Assembly: GCA_964016885.1 (NCBI GenBank)
Contig: OZ024741.1
Span: 24,986,001 to 25,050,000 of the forward strand
Source of the DNA: Eledone cirrhosa
Taxonomy: Eukaryota
Reading direction: 5' to 3'
DNA length: 64,000 nucleotides
Shown: piece after piece, positions 16,201 to 30,500 of the stretch
Position numbering within the stretch: position 1 is the first letter of the stretch
Layout of the letters: each line of letters opens with the position of its first letter
The notes under the pieces: model-generated
The model's database searches: none
What the model was told of the DNA's origin: nothing
Seen by the model: the letters and a program-made list of their open reading frames with translations, nothing else
Made by a program: the position numbers and the translations under genes

Positions 16201-19200
16201 GTAATGAAAGGGTTAAACAACATAGACAGTGTCTTTAATTAGAAATATGGTAATGAAAGGGTTAAACAACATAGACAATGTCTTTTATTAGAAATATGGT
16301 AATGAAAGGGTTAAACAACATAGACAGTGTCTTTTATTAGAAATATGGTAATGAAAGGGTTAAACAACATAGACAGTGTCTTTTATTGGAAATATGATAA
16401 TGAAAGGGTTAAACAACATAGACAGTGTCTTTTATTAGAAATATGGTAATGAAAGGGTTAAACAACATGGAGAGTGTCTTTTATTAGAAATATGGTAATG
16501 AAAGGGTTAAACAACATAGACAGTGTCTTTTATTAGAAATATGATAATGAAACGGTTAAACAACATAGAGAGTGTCTTTTATTAGAAATATGGTAATGAA
16601 AGGGTTAAACAACATAGACAGTGTTTTTTATTAGAAATATGGTAATGAAAGGTTTAAACAACATAGACAGTGTCTTTTTTTAGAAATATGGTAATGAAAG
16701 GATTAAACAACATAGACAGTGTCTTTTATTAGAAATATGGTAATGAAAGGGTTTAACAACATAAACAGTATCTTTTATTAGAAATGTGGTAATGAAAGGG
16801 TTAAACAACATAGACAGTGTCTTTTATTAGAAATATGATAATGAAACGGTTAAACAACATAGAGAGTGTCTTTTATTAGAAATATGGTAATGAAAGGGTT
16901 AAACAACATAGACAGTGTTTTTTATTAGAAATATGGTAATGAAAGGTTTAAACAACATAGACAGTGTCTTTTATTAGAAATATGGTAATGAAAGCGTTAA
17001 ACAACATAGACAGTGTCTTTTATTAGAAATATGGTAATGAAAGGGTTACACAACATAGACAGTGTCTTTTATTAGAAATATGGTAATGAAAGGGTTAAAC
17101 AACATAGACAGTGTCTTTTATTAGAAATATGGTAATGAAAGGGTTAAACAACATAGACAGTGTCTTTTATTAGAAATATGATAATGAAAGGGTTAAACAA
17201 CATAGACAGTGTCTTTTATTAGAAATATGATAATGAAAGGGTTAAACAACATAGACAGTGTCTTTTATTAGAAATATGATAATGAAAGGGTTAAACAACA
17301 TAGACAGTGTCTTTTATTAGAAATATGATAATGAAAGGGTTAAACAACATAGACAGTGTCTTTTATTAGAAATATGGTAATGAAAGGGTTAAACAACATA
17401 GACAGTGTCTTTTATTAGAAGTATGGTAATGAAAGGGTTAAACAACATAGATAGTGTCTTTTATTAGAAATATGGTAATGAAAGGGTTAAACAACATAGA
17501 CAGTGTCTTTTATTAGAAATATGGTAATGAAAGGGTTAAACAACATAGACAGTGTCTTTTATTAGAAATATGGTAATGAAAGCGTTAAACAACATAGACA
17601 GTGTCTTTTATTAGAAATATGGTAATGAAAGGGTTACACAACATAGACAGTGTCTTTTATTAGAAATATGGTAATGAAAGGGTTAAACAACATAGACAGT
17701 GTCTTTTATTAGAAATATGGTAATGAAAGGGTTAAACAACATAGACAGTGTCTTTTATTAGAAATATGATAATGAAAGGGTTAAACAACATAGACAGTGT
17801 CTTTTATTAGAAATATGGTAATGAAAGGGTTAAACAACATAGACAGTGTCTTTTATTAGAAATAGGGTAATGAAAGGGTTAAACAACATAGACAGTGTCT
17901 TTTATTAGAAATATGATAATGAAAGGGTTAAACAACATAGACAGTGTCTTTTATTAGAAATATGATAATGAAAGGGTTAAACAACATAGACAGTGTCTTT
18001 TATTAGAAATATGATAATGAAAGGGTTAAACAACATAGACAGTGTCTTTTATTAGAAATATGGTAATGAAAGGGTTAAACAACATAGACAGTGTCTTTTA
18101 TTAGAAATATGGTAATGAAAGGGTTAAACAACATAGACAGTATCTTTTATTAGAAATATGGTAATGAAAGGGTTAAACAACATAGACAGTGTCTTTTATT
18201 AGAAATATGGTAATGAAAGGGTTAAACAACATAGACAGTGTCTTTTATTAGAAATATGGTAATGCAAGAGTTAAACAACATAGACAGTGTCTTTTATTAG
18301 AAATATGGTAATGAAAGGGTTATACACCATAGATAGTGTCTTTCATTAGAAATATGGTAATGAAAGGGTTAAATTACATAGGCAGTGTCTTCTATTAGAA
18401 ATATGATAATGAAAGGGTTAAACAACATAGACAGTGTCTTTTATTAGAAATATGGTAATGAAAGTGTTAAACAACATAGACAGTGTCTTTTATTAGAAAT
18501 GTGGTAATGAAAGTGTTAAACAACATAGACAGTATCTTTTATTAGAAATGTGGTAATGAAAGGGTTAAACAACATAGACAGTGTCTTTTATTAGAAATAT
18601 GGTAATGAAAGGGTTAAACAACATAGACAGTGTCTTTTATTAGAAATATGGTAATGAAAGGGTTAAACAACATAGACAATGTCTTTTATTAGAAATATGG
18701 TAATGAAAGGGTTAAACAACATAGACAGTGTCTTTTATTAGAAATATGGTAATGAAAGGGTTAAACAACATAGACAGTGTCTTTTATTGGAAATATGATA
18801 ATGAAAGGGTTAAACAACATAGACAGTGTCTTTTATTAGAAATATGGTAATGAAAGGGTTAAACAACATGGACAGTGTCTTTTATTAGAAATATGGTAAT
18901 GAAAGGGTTAAACAACATAGACAGTGTCTTTTATTAGAAATATGATAATGAAACGGTTAAACAACATAGAGAGTGTCTTTTATTAGAAATATGGTAATGA
19001 AAGGGTTAAACAACATAGACTGTGTTTTTTATTAGAAATATGGTAATGAAAGGTTTAAACAACATAGACAGTGTCTTTTATTAGAAATATGGTAATGAAA
19101 GGGTTACACAACATAGACAGTGTCTTTTATTAGAAATATGGTAATGAAAGGGTTAAACAACATAGACAGTGTCTTTTATTAGAAATATGGTAATGAAATG

Positions 19201-19838
19201 GTTAAACAACATAGACAGTGTCTTTTATTAGAAATATGATAATGAAAGGGTTAAACAACATAGACAGTGTCTTTTATTAGAAATATGGTAATGAAAGGGT
19301 TAAACAACATAGACAGTGTCTTTTATTAGAAATAGGGTAATGAAAGGGTTAAACAACATAGACAGTGTCTTTTATTAGAAATATGGTAATGAAAGGTTTA
19401 AACAACATAGACAGTGTCTTTTATTAGAAATATGGTAATGAAAGGTTTAAACAACATAGACAGTGTCTTTTATTAGAAATATGGTAATGAAAGCATTAAA
19501 CAACATAGACAGTGTCTTTTATTAGAAATATGGTAATGAAAGGGTTACACAACATAGACAGTGTCTTTTATTAGAAATATGGTAATGAAAGGGTTAAACA
19601 ACATAGACAGTGTCTTTTATTAGAAATATGGTAATGAAAGGGTTAAACAACATAGACAGTGTCTTTTATTAGAAATATGATAATGAAAGGGTTAAACAAC
19701 ATAGACAGTGTGTTCTATTAGAAATATGGTAATGAAAGGGTTAAACAACATAGACATTGTCTTTTATTAGATATAGGGTAATGAAAGTGTTAAACAACAT
19801 AGACAGTGTCTTTTCTTAGAAATATGGTAATGAAAGGG

Positions 19839-19854
19839 TTAAACAACATAGATA
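19839..19854 (+). repeat. Target-site duplication of copy 1, left (TTAAACAACATAGATA)
   Basis: The same 16-mer occurs at 21545-21560 and breaks the monomer phase as a duplication would. T21545 also matches the element, so the TSD is 15 or 16 bp. Confidence 0.85.
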
Positions 19855-21545
19855 TATTTCTTTTATTTGCCACTAGGGCATCAAAAGTGGGACAAGTACA
19901 AAGGGGGGAGTTTACACAAAAAGGCGTCCTCAATAAGGAGAAGGCAATAACAAAATATAAAAATAAAATAAGATATAACAAAAAATAAAATTTTTAACAA
20001 AATCCTCAATAGAGAGGAGGCGCCTTGGGGGGTCGCACACACCCCCGAAAAAAGTGTGCAACCCTTCTCCTCAGGAGCACAGAGAAGGGGTGCTCCCTTG
20101 GTCTTTCATCTTCCTCACCTATAGTCTGATGTAGAGTGAAGGCCCATTCACACGGGCCATTCTCGCCACTTTCACCCATCTTTCATAGAAACGGCTGGGG
20201 TGCAGCACCTCTCTCTCCATCCTGATCCTTCTTCCGAAATGATATCGGAAGAAACGGACCAGTTGTTGGCCAGAGAGAAAGGTGCCCGACCTCAGTCCTT
20301 TCAGACGCGTCCACCATACAACCTCTTTCGCCATGGCTATTACGCACAGAAACACCGCCTCTGCTTCATCTTTGAAGGGGGGAGGCGGCTTGATCATTAC
20401 AATAGACTCGGTGGTCAACCGGATCGGTCCCACCCTTGACAGCAGTTGTTCGACATAGCCCCACAGATCGGCTACGCCCGAGCAGTGTACTAATGCGTGT
20501 TCAACGGTTTCCTCGTCGCACACGCATCTGGGACAGATCTTTTTGGCGGGGTCCCTACCCGGGCGCCCGTGTCTGTAGAGCCTTTCTCGAACGGGTAAAG
20601 CCCCTCGGTAGCACTGCCAGGCCAGGGACTTCTGGAAGTTGTCCATAGGTCCCGGGCTGAATGTCCTACCGAACAGGCTGGCCAGTTCGTCCTCCTCCAT
20701 GTCTAGGGCTTCTCCGAGGGCGTCGTCGCACCTGCTGCGTACCAGCCCTCTATAGAATGTTGCGGTGGAGTCTCCACTGATAACCGGATCCGCCTGCCAG
20801 AGGGCGGTGAGCGCCTGGGCACACTCAGTGTGCCAGGCGCCCAGTTTTCTCGGTCTTTGCTTGACCCAGGATTGCAGCTCGGTGAGTGAGACGAGTCTGG
20901 GAAAGGTTCGTCTCACAAACGAGGCCCACACCGGTTGTCCGGTGAGGAATACGTAGAGGTGCCGTAGCCTTAATGCGTGTTTACGCATCATTAGCCACGG
21001 CATCCCCAGCCCTCCTTTCGAAGGGTGTTGACAGCAGATGGATCTCCTCACCATAGGAGCCCGCCTCTTCCAAAGGAATTGGAAGAGCGCGCGCTCCATC
21101 TTGGTGAGGGTTTCCCTTGGGCAGGGCACTACGGTCAGGCGGTAGTAGATGACGGACGCTATGTAGGTGTTCGCCACCTCCGCCCGACCTTTCAGGGATA
21201 GTTTGCAACTGGCCCACTTCTGGGTCAGTGCAAACACCCTGTTCGTAACCTCCGCCCAGTTTTTCTCCACCTGGAGGTCCGGTCCGAACCAGACCCCGAG
21301 CAACTTCACCGGGCCCTCCGTCCAGCGTCCGACGACGCTATCGGAGGGCATCGGTCTGCCCCTCCACGTGCCGAGTTGCAAACCGATCGACTTGTCCCGG
21401 TTCAGCTTAGCCCCTGTGAACTTTTCGTACTCCTCCAGTAAGGTGCCGACCGCCTCGATTTCGCAGGCCGTCGACACCATTACTGTCACGTCATCGGCGT
21501 AGGCCGACACCGCTTTCCGCAATCCCGGTTCCAAAGGGATGCCCT
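19855..21545 (-). mobile_element. 5'-truncated Tx1-like (L1 clade) non-LTR retrotransposon, copy 1
   Basis: Matches 40715-42405 at offset 20860, with 5 substitutions seen by eye. Contains the 3' UTR and the ORF2 C-terminal part, is truncated inside the RT just before YADD, and is flanked by a TSD. Confidence 0.96.
20119..21545 (-). pseudogene. Truncated ORF2 (partial RT with YADD, plus C-terminal CCHC zinc-binding domain)
   Basis: The 478-aa ORF matches the C-terminus of the full ORF2. Its MLFK start is supplied by satellite sequence, and the endonuclease and N-terminal RT are missing. Confidence 0.92.
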
Positions 21546-21560
21546 TAAACAACATAGATA
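21545..21560 (+). repeat. Target-site duplication of copy 1, right (TTAAACAACATAGATA)
   Basis: Duplicate of 19839-19854, followed by GTGTCTTTTATT, the normal continuation of the monomer. Confidence 0.85.
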
Positions 21561-24500
21561 GTGTCTTTTATTAGAAATATCGTAATGAAAGGGTTAAACA
21601 ACATAGACAGTGTCTTTTATTAGCAATATGGTAATGAAAGGGTTAAACAACATAGATAGTGTCTTTCATTAGAAATATGGTAATGAAAGGGTTAAATTAC
21701 ATAGGCAGTGTCTTCTATTAGAAATATCATAATGAAAGCGTTAAACAACATAGACAGTGTCTTTTATTAGAAATATGGTAATGAAAGTGTTAAACAACAT
21801 AGACAGTGTCTTTTATTAGAAATATGGTAATGAAAGTGTTAAACAACATAGACAGTGTCTTTTATTAGAAATGTGGTAATGAAAGTGTTAAACAACATAG
21901 ACAGTATCTTTTATTAGAAATGTGGTAATGAAAGTGTTAAACAACATAGACAGTATCTTTTATTAGAAATGTGGTAATGAAAGGGATGAAAAACATAGAC
22001 AGTGTCTTTTATTAGAAATATGGTAATGAAAGTGTTAAACAACATAGACAGTGTCTTTTATTAGAAATATGGTAATGAAAGGGTTAAACAACATAGATAG
22101 TGTCTTTCATTAGAAATATGGTAATGAAAGGGTTAAATTACATAGGCAGTGTCTTCTATTAGAAATATGATAATGAAAGGGTTAAACAACATAGACAGTG
22201 TCTTTTATTAGAAATATGGTAATGAAAGTGTTAAACAACATAGACAGTGTCTTTTATTAGAAATATGGTAATGAAAGTGTTAAACAACATAGACAGTGTC
22301 TTTTATTAGAAATGTGGTAACGAAAGTGTTAAACAACATAGACAGTATCTTTTATTAGAAATGTGGTAATGAAAGGGTTAAACAACATAGACAGTGTCTT
22401 TTATTAGAAATATGGTAATGAAAGGGTTAAACAACATAGACAGTGTCTTTTATTAGAAATATGGTAATGAAAGGGTTAAACAACATAGACAATGTCTTTT
22501 ATTAGAAATATGGTAATGAAAGGGTTAAACAACATAGACAGTGTCTTTTATTAGAAATATGGTAATGCAAGAGTTAAACAACATAGACAGTGTCTTTTAT
22601 TAGAAATATGGTAATGAAAGGGTTAAACAACATAGATAGTGTCTTTCATTGGAAATATGGTAATGAAAGGGTTAAATTACATAGGCAGTGTCTTCTATTA
22701 GAAATATGATAATGAAAGGGTTAAACAACATAGACAGTGTCTTTTATTAGAAATATGGTAATGAAAGTGTTAAACAACATAGACAGTGTCTTTTATTAGA
22801 AATATGGTAATGAAAGTGTTAAACAACATAGACAGTGTCTTTTATTAGAAATGTGGTAATGAAAGTGTTAAACAACATAGACAGTATCTTTTATTAGAAA
22901 TGTGGTAATGAAAGGGTTAAACAACATAGACAGTGTCTTTTATTAGAAATATGGTAATGAAAGGGTTTAACAACATAGACAGTGTCTTTTATTAGAAATA
23001 TGGTAATGAAAGGGTTAAACAACATAGACAGTGTCTTTTATTAGAAATATGGTAATGAAAGGGTTAAACAACATGGACAGTGTCTTTTATTAGAAATATG
23101 GTAATGAAAGGGTTAAACAACATAGACAGTGTCTTTTATTAGAAATATGATAATGAAACGGTTAAACAACATAGAGAGTGTCTTTTATTAGAAATATCGT
23201 AATGAAAGGGTTAAACAACATAGACATTGTTTTTTATTAGAAATATGGTAATGAAAGGTTTAAACAACATAGACAGTGTCTTTTTTTAGAAATATGGTAA
23301 TGAAAGGGTTAAACAACATAGACAGTGTCTTCTATTAGAAATATGGTAATGAAAGGGTTAAACAACATAGACAGTGTCTTTTATTAGAAATATGATAATG
23401 AAAGGTTTAAACAACATAGAGAGTGTCTTTTATTAGATATAGGGTAATGAATGTGTTAAACAACATAGACAGTGTCTTTCATTAGAAATATGGTAATGAA
23501 AGGGTTAAATTACATAGGCAGTGTCTTCTATTAGAAATATGATAATGAAAGGGTTAAACAACATAGACAGTGTCTTTTATTAGAAATATGGTAATGAAAG
23601 TGTTAAACAACATAGACAGTGTCTTATATTAGAAATGTGGTAATGAAAGTGTTAAACAACATAGACAGTATCTTTTATTAGAAATGTGGTAATGAAAGGG
23701 TTAAACAACATAGACAGTGTCTTTTATTAGGAATATGGTAATGAAAGGGTTAAACAACATAGACAGTGTCTTTTATTAGAAATATGGTAATGAAAGGGTT
23801 AAACAACATAGACAATGTCTTTTATTAGAAATATGGTAATGAAAGGGTTAAACAACATAGACAGTGTCTTTTATTAGAAATATGGTAATGAAACGGTTAA
23901 ACAACATAGACAGTGTCTTTTATTGGAAATATGATAATGAAAGGGTTAAACAACATAGACAGTGTCTTTTATTAGAAATATGGTAATGAAAGGGTTAAAC
24001 AACATGGACAGTGTCTTTTATTAGAAATATGGTAATGAAAGGGTTAAACAACATAGACAGTGTCTTTCATTAGAAATATGGTAATGAAAGGGTTAAATTA
24101 CATAGGCAGTGTCTTCTATTAGAAATATGATAATGAAAGGGTTAAACAACATAGACAGTGTCTTTTATTAGAAATATGGTAATGAAAGTGTTAAACAACA
24201 TAGACAGTGTCTTTTATTAGAAATATGGTAATGAAAGTGTTAAACAACATAGACAGTGTCTTTTATTAGAAATGTGGTAATGAAAGTGTTAAACAACATA
24301 GACAGTATCTTTTATTAGAAATATGGTAATGAAAGTGTTAAACAACATAGACAGTGTCTTATATTAGAAATGTGGTAATGAAAGTGTTAAACAACATAGA
24401 CAGTATCTTTTATTAGAAATGTGGTAATGAAAGGGTTAAACAACATAGACAGTGTCTTTTATTAGGAATATGGTAATGAAAGGGTTAAACAACATAGACA

Positions 24501-27500
24501 GTGTCTTTTATTAGAAATATGGTAATGAAAGGGTTAAACAACATAGACAATGTCTTTTATTAGAAATATGGTAATGAAAGGGTTAAACAACATAGACAGT
24601 GTCTTTTATTAGAAATATGGTAATGAAACGGTTAAACAACATAGACAGTGTCTTTTATTGGAAATATGATAATGAAAGGGTTAAACAACATAGACAGTGT
24701 CTTTTATTAGAAATATGGTAATGAAAGGGTTAAACAACATGGACAGTGTCTTTTATTAGAAATATGGTAATGAAAGGGTTAAACAACATAGACAGTGTCT
24801 TTTATTAGAAATATGATAATGAAACGGTTAAACAACATAGAGAGTGTCTTTTATTAGAAATATGGTAATGAAAGGGTTAAACAACATAGACAGTGTTTTT
24901 TATTAGAAATATGGTAATGAAAGGTTTAAACAACATAGACAGTGTCTTTTATTAGAAATATGGTAATGAAAGCGTTAAACAACATAGACAGTGTCTTTTA
25001 TTAGAAATATGGTAATGAAAGGGTTACACAACATAGACAGTGTCTTTTATTAGAAATGTGGTAATGAAAGTGTTAAACAACATAGACAGTATCTTTTATT
25101 AGAAATATGGTAATGAAAGTGTTAAACAACATAGACAGTGTCTTTTATTAGAAATGTGGTAATGAAAGTGTTAAACAACATAGACAGTATCTTTTATTAG
25201 AAATGTGGTAATGAAAGGGTTAAACAACATAGACAGTGTCTTTTATTAGAAATATGGTAATGAAAGGGTTAAACAACATAGACAGTGTCTTTTATTAGAA
25301 ATATGGTAATGAAAGGGTTAAACAACATAGACAATGTCTTTTATTAGAAATATGGTAATGAAAGGGTTAAACAACATAGACAGTGTCTTTTATTAGAAAT
25401 ATGGTAATGAAAGGGTTAAACAACATAGACAGTGTCTTTTATTGGAAATATGATAATGAAAGGGTTAAACAACATAGACAGTGTCTTTTATTAGAAATAT
25501 GGTAATGAAAGGGTTAAACAACATGGACAGTGTCTTTTATTAGAAATATGGTAATGAAAGGGTTAAACAACATAGACAGTGTCTTTTATTAGAAATATGA
25601 TAATGAAACGGTTAAACAACATAGACAGTGTCTTTTATTAGAAATATGGTAATGAAAGGGTTAAACAACATAGACAGTGTTTTTTATTAGAAATATGGTA
25701 ATGAAAGGTTTAAACAACATAGACAGTGTCTTTTTTTAGAAATATGGTAATGAAAGGATTAAACAACATAGACAGTGTCTTTTATTAGAAATATGGTAAT
25801 GAAAGGGTTTAACAACATAAACAGTATCTTTTATTAGAAATATGGTAATGAAAGTGTTAAACAACATAGACAGTGTCTTTTATTAGAAATGTGGTAATGA
25901 AAGTGTTAAACAACATAGACAGTATCTTTTATTAGAAATGTGGTAATGAAAGGGTTAAACAACATAGACAGTGTCTTTTATTAGAAATATGGTAATGAAA
26001 GGGTTAAACAACATAGACAGTGTCTTTTATTAGAAATATGGTAATGAAAGGGTTAAACAACATAGACAATGTCTTTTATTAGAAATATGGTAATGAAAGG
26101 GTTAAACAACATAGACAGTGTCTTTTATTAGAAATATGGTAATGAAAGGGTTAAACAACATAGACAGTGTCTTTTATTGGAAATATGATAATGAAAGGGT
26201 TAAACAACATAGACAGTGTCTTTTATTAGAAATATGGTAATGAAAGGGTTAAACAACATGGACAGTGTCTTTTATTAGAAATATGGTAATGAAAGGGTTA
26301 AACAACATAGACAGTGTCTTTTATTAGAAATATGATAATGAAACGGTTAAACAACATAGACAGTGTCTTTTATTAGAAATATGGTAATGAAAGGGTTAAA
26401 CAACATAGACAGTGTTTTTTATTAGAAATATGGTAATGAAAGGTTTAAACAACATAGACAGTGTCTTTTTTTAGAAATATGGTAATGAAAGGATTAAACA
26501 ACATAGACAGTGTCTTTTATTAGAAATATGGTAATGAAAGGGTTTAACAACATAAACAGTATCTTTTATTAGAAATGTGGTAATGAAAGGGTTAAACAAC
26601 ATAGACAGTGTCTTTTATTAGAAATATGATAATGAAACGGTTAAACAACATAGAGAGTGTCTTTTATTAGAAATATGGTAATGAAAGGGTTAAACAACAT
26701 AGACAGTGTTTTTTATTAGAAATATGGTAATGAAAGGTTTAAACAACATAGACAGTGTCTTTTATTAGAAATATGGTAAAGAAAGCGTTAAACAACATAG
26801 ACAGTGTCTTTTATTAGAAATATGGTAATGAAAGGGTTACACAACATAGACAGTGTCTTTTATTAGAAATATGGTAATGAAAGGGTTAAACAACATAGAC
26901 AGTGTCTTTTATTAGAAATATGGTAATGAAAGGGTTAAACAACATAGACAGTGTCTTTTATTAGAAATATGATAATGAAAGGGTTAAACAACATAGACAG
27001 TGTCTTTTATTAGAAATATGGTAATGAAAGGGTTAAACAACATAGACAGTGTCTTTTATTAGAAATAGGGTAATGAAAGGGTTAAACAACATAGACAGTG
27101 TCTTTTATTAGAAATATGATAATGAAAGGGTTAAACAACATAGACAGTGTCTTTTATTAGAAATATGATAATGAAAGGGTTAAACAACATAGACAGTGTC
27201 TTTTATTAGAAATATGGTAATGAAAGGGTTAAACAACATAGACAGTGTCTTTTATTAGAAATATGGTAATGAAAGGGTTAAACAACATAGATAGTGTCTT
27301 TTATTAGAAATATAGTAATGAAAGGGTTAAACAACATAGACAGTGTCTTTTATTAGCAATATGGTAATGAAAGGGTTAAACAACATAGACAGTGTCTTTT
27401 ATTAGAAATGTGGTAATGAAAGGGTTAAACAACATAGACAGTGTCTTTTATTAGAAATGTGGTAATGAAAGGGTTAAACAACATGGACAGTGTCTTTTAT

Positions 27501-30500
27501 TAGAAATATGGTAATGAAAGGGTTAAACAACATAGACAGTGTCTTTTATTAGAAATATGATAATGAAACGGTTAAACAACATAGAGAGTGTCTTTTATTA
27601 GAAATATGGTAATGAAAGGGTTAAACAACATAGACAGTGTTTTTTATTAGAAATATGGTAATGAAAGGTTTAAACAACATAGACAGTGTCTTTTTTTAGA
27701 AATATGGTAATGAAAGGGTTTAACAACATAAACAGTATCTTTTATTAGAAATGTGGTAATGAAAGGGTTAAACAACATAGACAGTGTCTTTTATTAGAAA
27801 TATGATAATGAAACGGTTAAACAACATAGAGAGTGTCTTTTATTAGAAATATGGTAATGAAAGGGTTAAACAACATAGACAGTGTTTTTTATTAGAAATA
27901 TGGTAATGAAAGGTTTAAACAACATAGACAGTGTCTTTTATTAGAAATATGGTAATGAAAGCGTTAAACAACATAGACAGTGTCTTTTATTAGAAATATG
28001 GTAATGAAAGGGTTACACAACATAGACAGTGTCTTTTATTAGAAATGTGGTAATGAAAGTGTTAAACAACATAGACAGTATCTTTTATTAGAAATATGGT
28101 AATGAAAGTGTTAAACAACATAGACAGTGTCTTTTATTAGAAATATGGTAATGAAAGGGTTAAACAACATAGACAGTGTCTTTTATTGGAAATATGATAA
28201 TGAAAGGGTTAAACAACATAGACAGTGTCTTTTATTAGAAATATGGTAATGAAAGGGTTAAACAACATGGACAGTGTCTTTTATTAGAAATATGGTAATG
28301 AAAGGGTTAAACAACATAGACAGTGTCTTTTATTAGAAATATGATAATGAAACGGTTAAACAACATAGAGAGTGTCTTTTATTAGAAATATGGTAATGAA
28401 AGGGTTAAACAACATAGACAGTGTTTTTTATTAGAAATATGGTAATGAAAGGTTTAAACAACATAGACAGTGTCTTTTTTTAGAAATATGGTAATGAAAG
28501 GATTAAACAACATAGACAGTGTCTTTTATTAGAAATATGGTAATGAAAGGGTTTAACAACATAAACAGTATCTTTTATTAGAAATGTGGTAATGAAAGGG
28601 TTAAACAACATAGACAGTGTCTTTTATTAGAAATATGATAATGAAACGGTTAAACAACATAGAGAGTGTCTTTTATTAGAAATATGGTAATGAAAGGGTT
28701 AAACAACATAGACAGTGTTTTTTATTAGAAATATGGTAATGAAAGGTTTAAACAACATAGACAGTGTCTTTTATTAGAAATATGGTAAAGAAAGCGTTAA
28801 ACAACATAGACAGTGTCTTTTATTAGAAATATGGTAATGAAAGGGTTACACAACATAGACAGTGTCTTTTATTAGAAATATGGTAATGAAAGGGTTAAAC
28901 AACATAGACAGTGTCTTTTATTAGAAATATGGTAATGAAAGGGTTAAACAACATAGACAGTGTCTTTTATTAGAAATATGATAATGAAAGGGTTAAACAA
29001 CATAGACAGTGTCTTTTATTAGAAATATGGTAATGAAAGGGTTAAACAACATAGACAGTGTCTTTTATTAGAAATAGGGTAATGAAAGGGTTAAACAACA
29101 TAGACAGTGTCTTTTATTAGAAATATGATAATGAAAGGGTTAAACAACATAGACAGTGTCTTTTATTAGAAATATGATAATGAAAGGGTTAAACAACATA
29201 GACAGTGTCTTTTATTAGAAATATGGTAATGAAAGGGTTAAACAACATAGATAGTGTCTTTTATTAGAAATATAGTAATGAAAGGGTTAAACAACATAGA
29301 CAGTGTCTTTTATTAGCAATATGGTAATGAAAGGGTTAAACAACATAGACAGTGTCTTTTATTAGAAATGTGGTAATGAAAGGGTTAAACAACATAGACA
29401 GTGTCTTTTATTAGAAATGTGGTAATGAAAGGGTTAAACAACATGGACAGTGTCTTTTATTAGAAATATGGTAATGAAAGGGTTAAACAACATAGACAGT
29501 GTCTTTTATTAGAAATATGATAATGAAACGGTTAAACAACATAGAGAGTGTCTTTTATTAGAAATATGGTAATGAAAGGGTTAAACAACATAGACAGTGT
29601 TTTTTATTAGAAATATGGTAATGAAAGGTTTAAACAACATAGACAGTGTCTTTTTTTAGAAATATGGTAATGAAAGGATTAAACAACATAGACAGTGTCT
29701 TTTATTAGAAATATGGTAATGAAAGGGTTTAACAACATAAACAGTATCTTTTATTAGAAATGTGGTAATGAAAGGGTTAAACAACATAGACAGTGTCTTT
29801 TATTAGAAATATGATAATGAAACGGTTAAACAACATAGAGAGTGTCTTTTATTAGAAATATGGTAATGAAAGGGTTAAACAACATAGACAGTGTTTTTTA
29901 TTAGAAATATGGTAATGAAAGGTTTAAACAACATAGACAGTGTCTTTTATTAGAAATATGGTAATGAAAGCGTTAAACAACATAGACAGTGTCTTTTATT
30001 AGAAATATGGTAATGAAAGGGTTACACAACATAGACAGTGTCTTTTATTAGAAATGTGGTAATGAAAGTGTTAAACAACATAGACAGTATCTTTTATTAG
30101 AAATATGGTAATGAAAGTGTTAAACAACATAGACAGTGTCTTTTATTAGAAATGTGGTAATGAAAGTGTTAAACAACATAGACAGTTTCTTTTATTAGAA
30201 ATGTGGTAATGAAAGGGTTAAACAACATAGACAGTGTCTTTTATTAGAAATATGGTAATGAAAGGGTTAAACAACATAGACAGTGTCTTTTATTAGAAAT
30301 ATGGTAATGAAAGGGTTAAACAACATAGACAATGTCTTTTATTAGAAATATGGTAATGAAAGGGTTAAACAACATAGACAGTGTCTTTTATTAGAAATAT
30401 GGTAATGAAAGGGTTAAACAACATAGACAGTGTCTTTTATTGGAAATATGATAATGAAAGGGTTAAACAACATAGACAGTGTCTTTTATTAGAAATATGG

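Larger units (their letters stand above)
1..19854. repeat. 49-bp tandem satellite array, segment 1
   Basis: Head-to-tail copies of GAAATATGGTAATGAAAGGGTTAAACAACATAGACAGTGTCTTTTATTA. The period is 49 (monomer starts at 1 and 50), with mostly 0-3 substitutions per monomer. Confidence 0.99.

Noticed and set aside
1-19854. CRISPR array interpretation of the regular repeats
   Set aside because: Monomers are contiguous with no unique spacers, no cas genes are present, and the context is eukaryotic.
19790-19988. 60-63 aa ORFs at the left junctions (also 40650-40848)
   Set aside because: They are chimeras of satellite and the AT-rich 3' UTR with no coding signature, and recur only because the junction recurs.
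20119-21555. 478-aa ORF as an independent functional gene
   Set aside because: Its ATG comes from satellite/TSD sequence, and the product is an RT truncated mid-domain.
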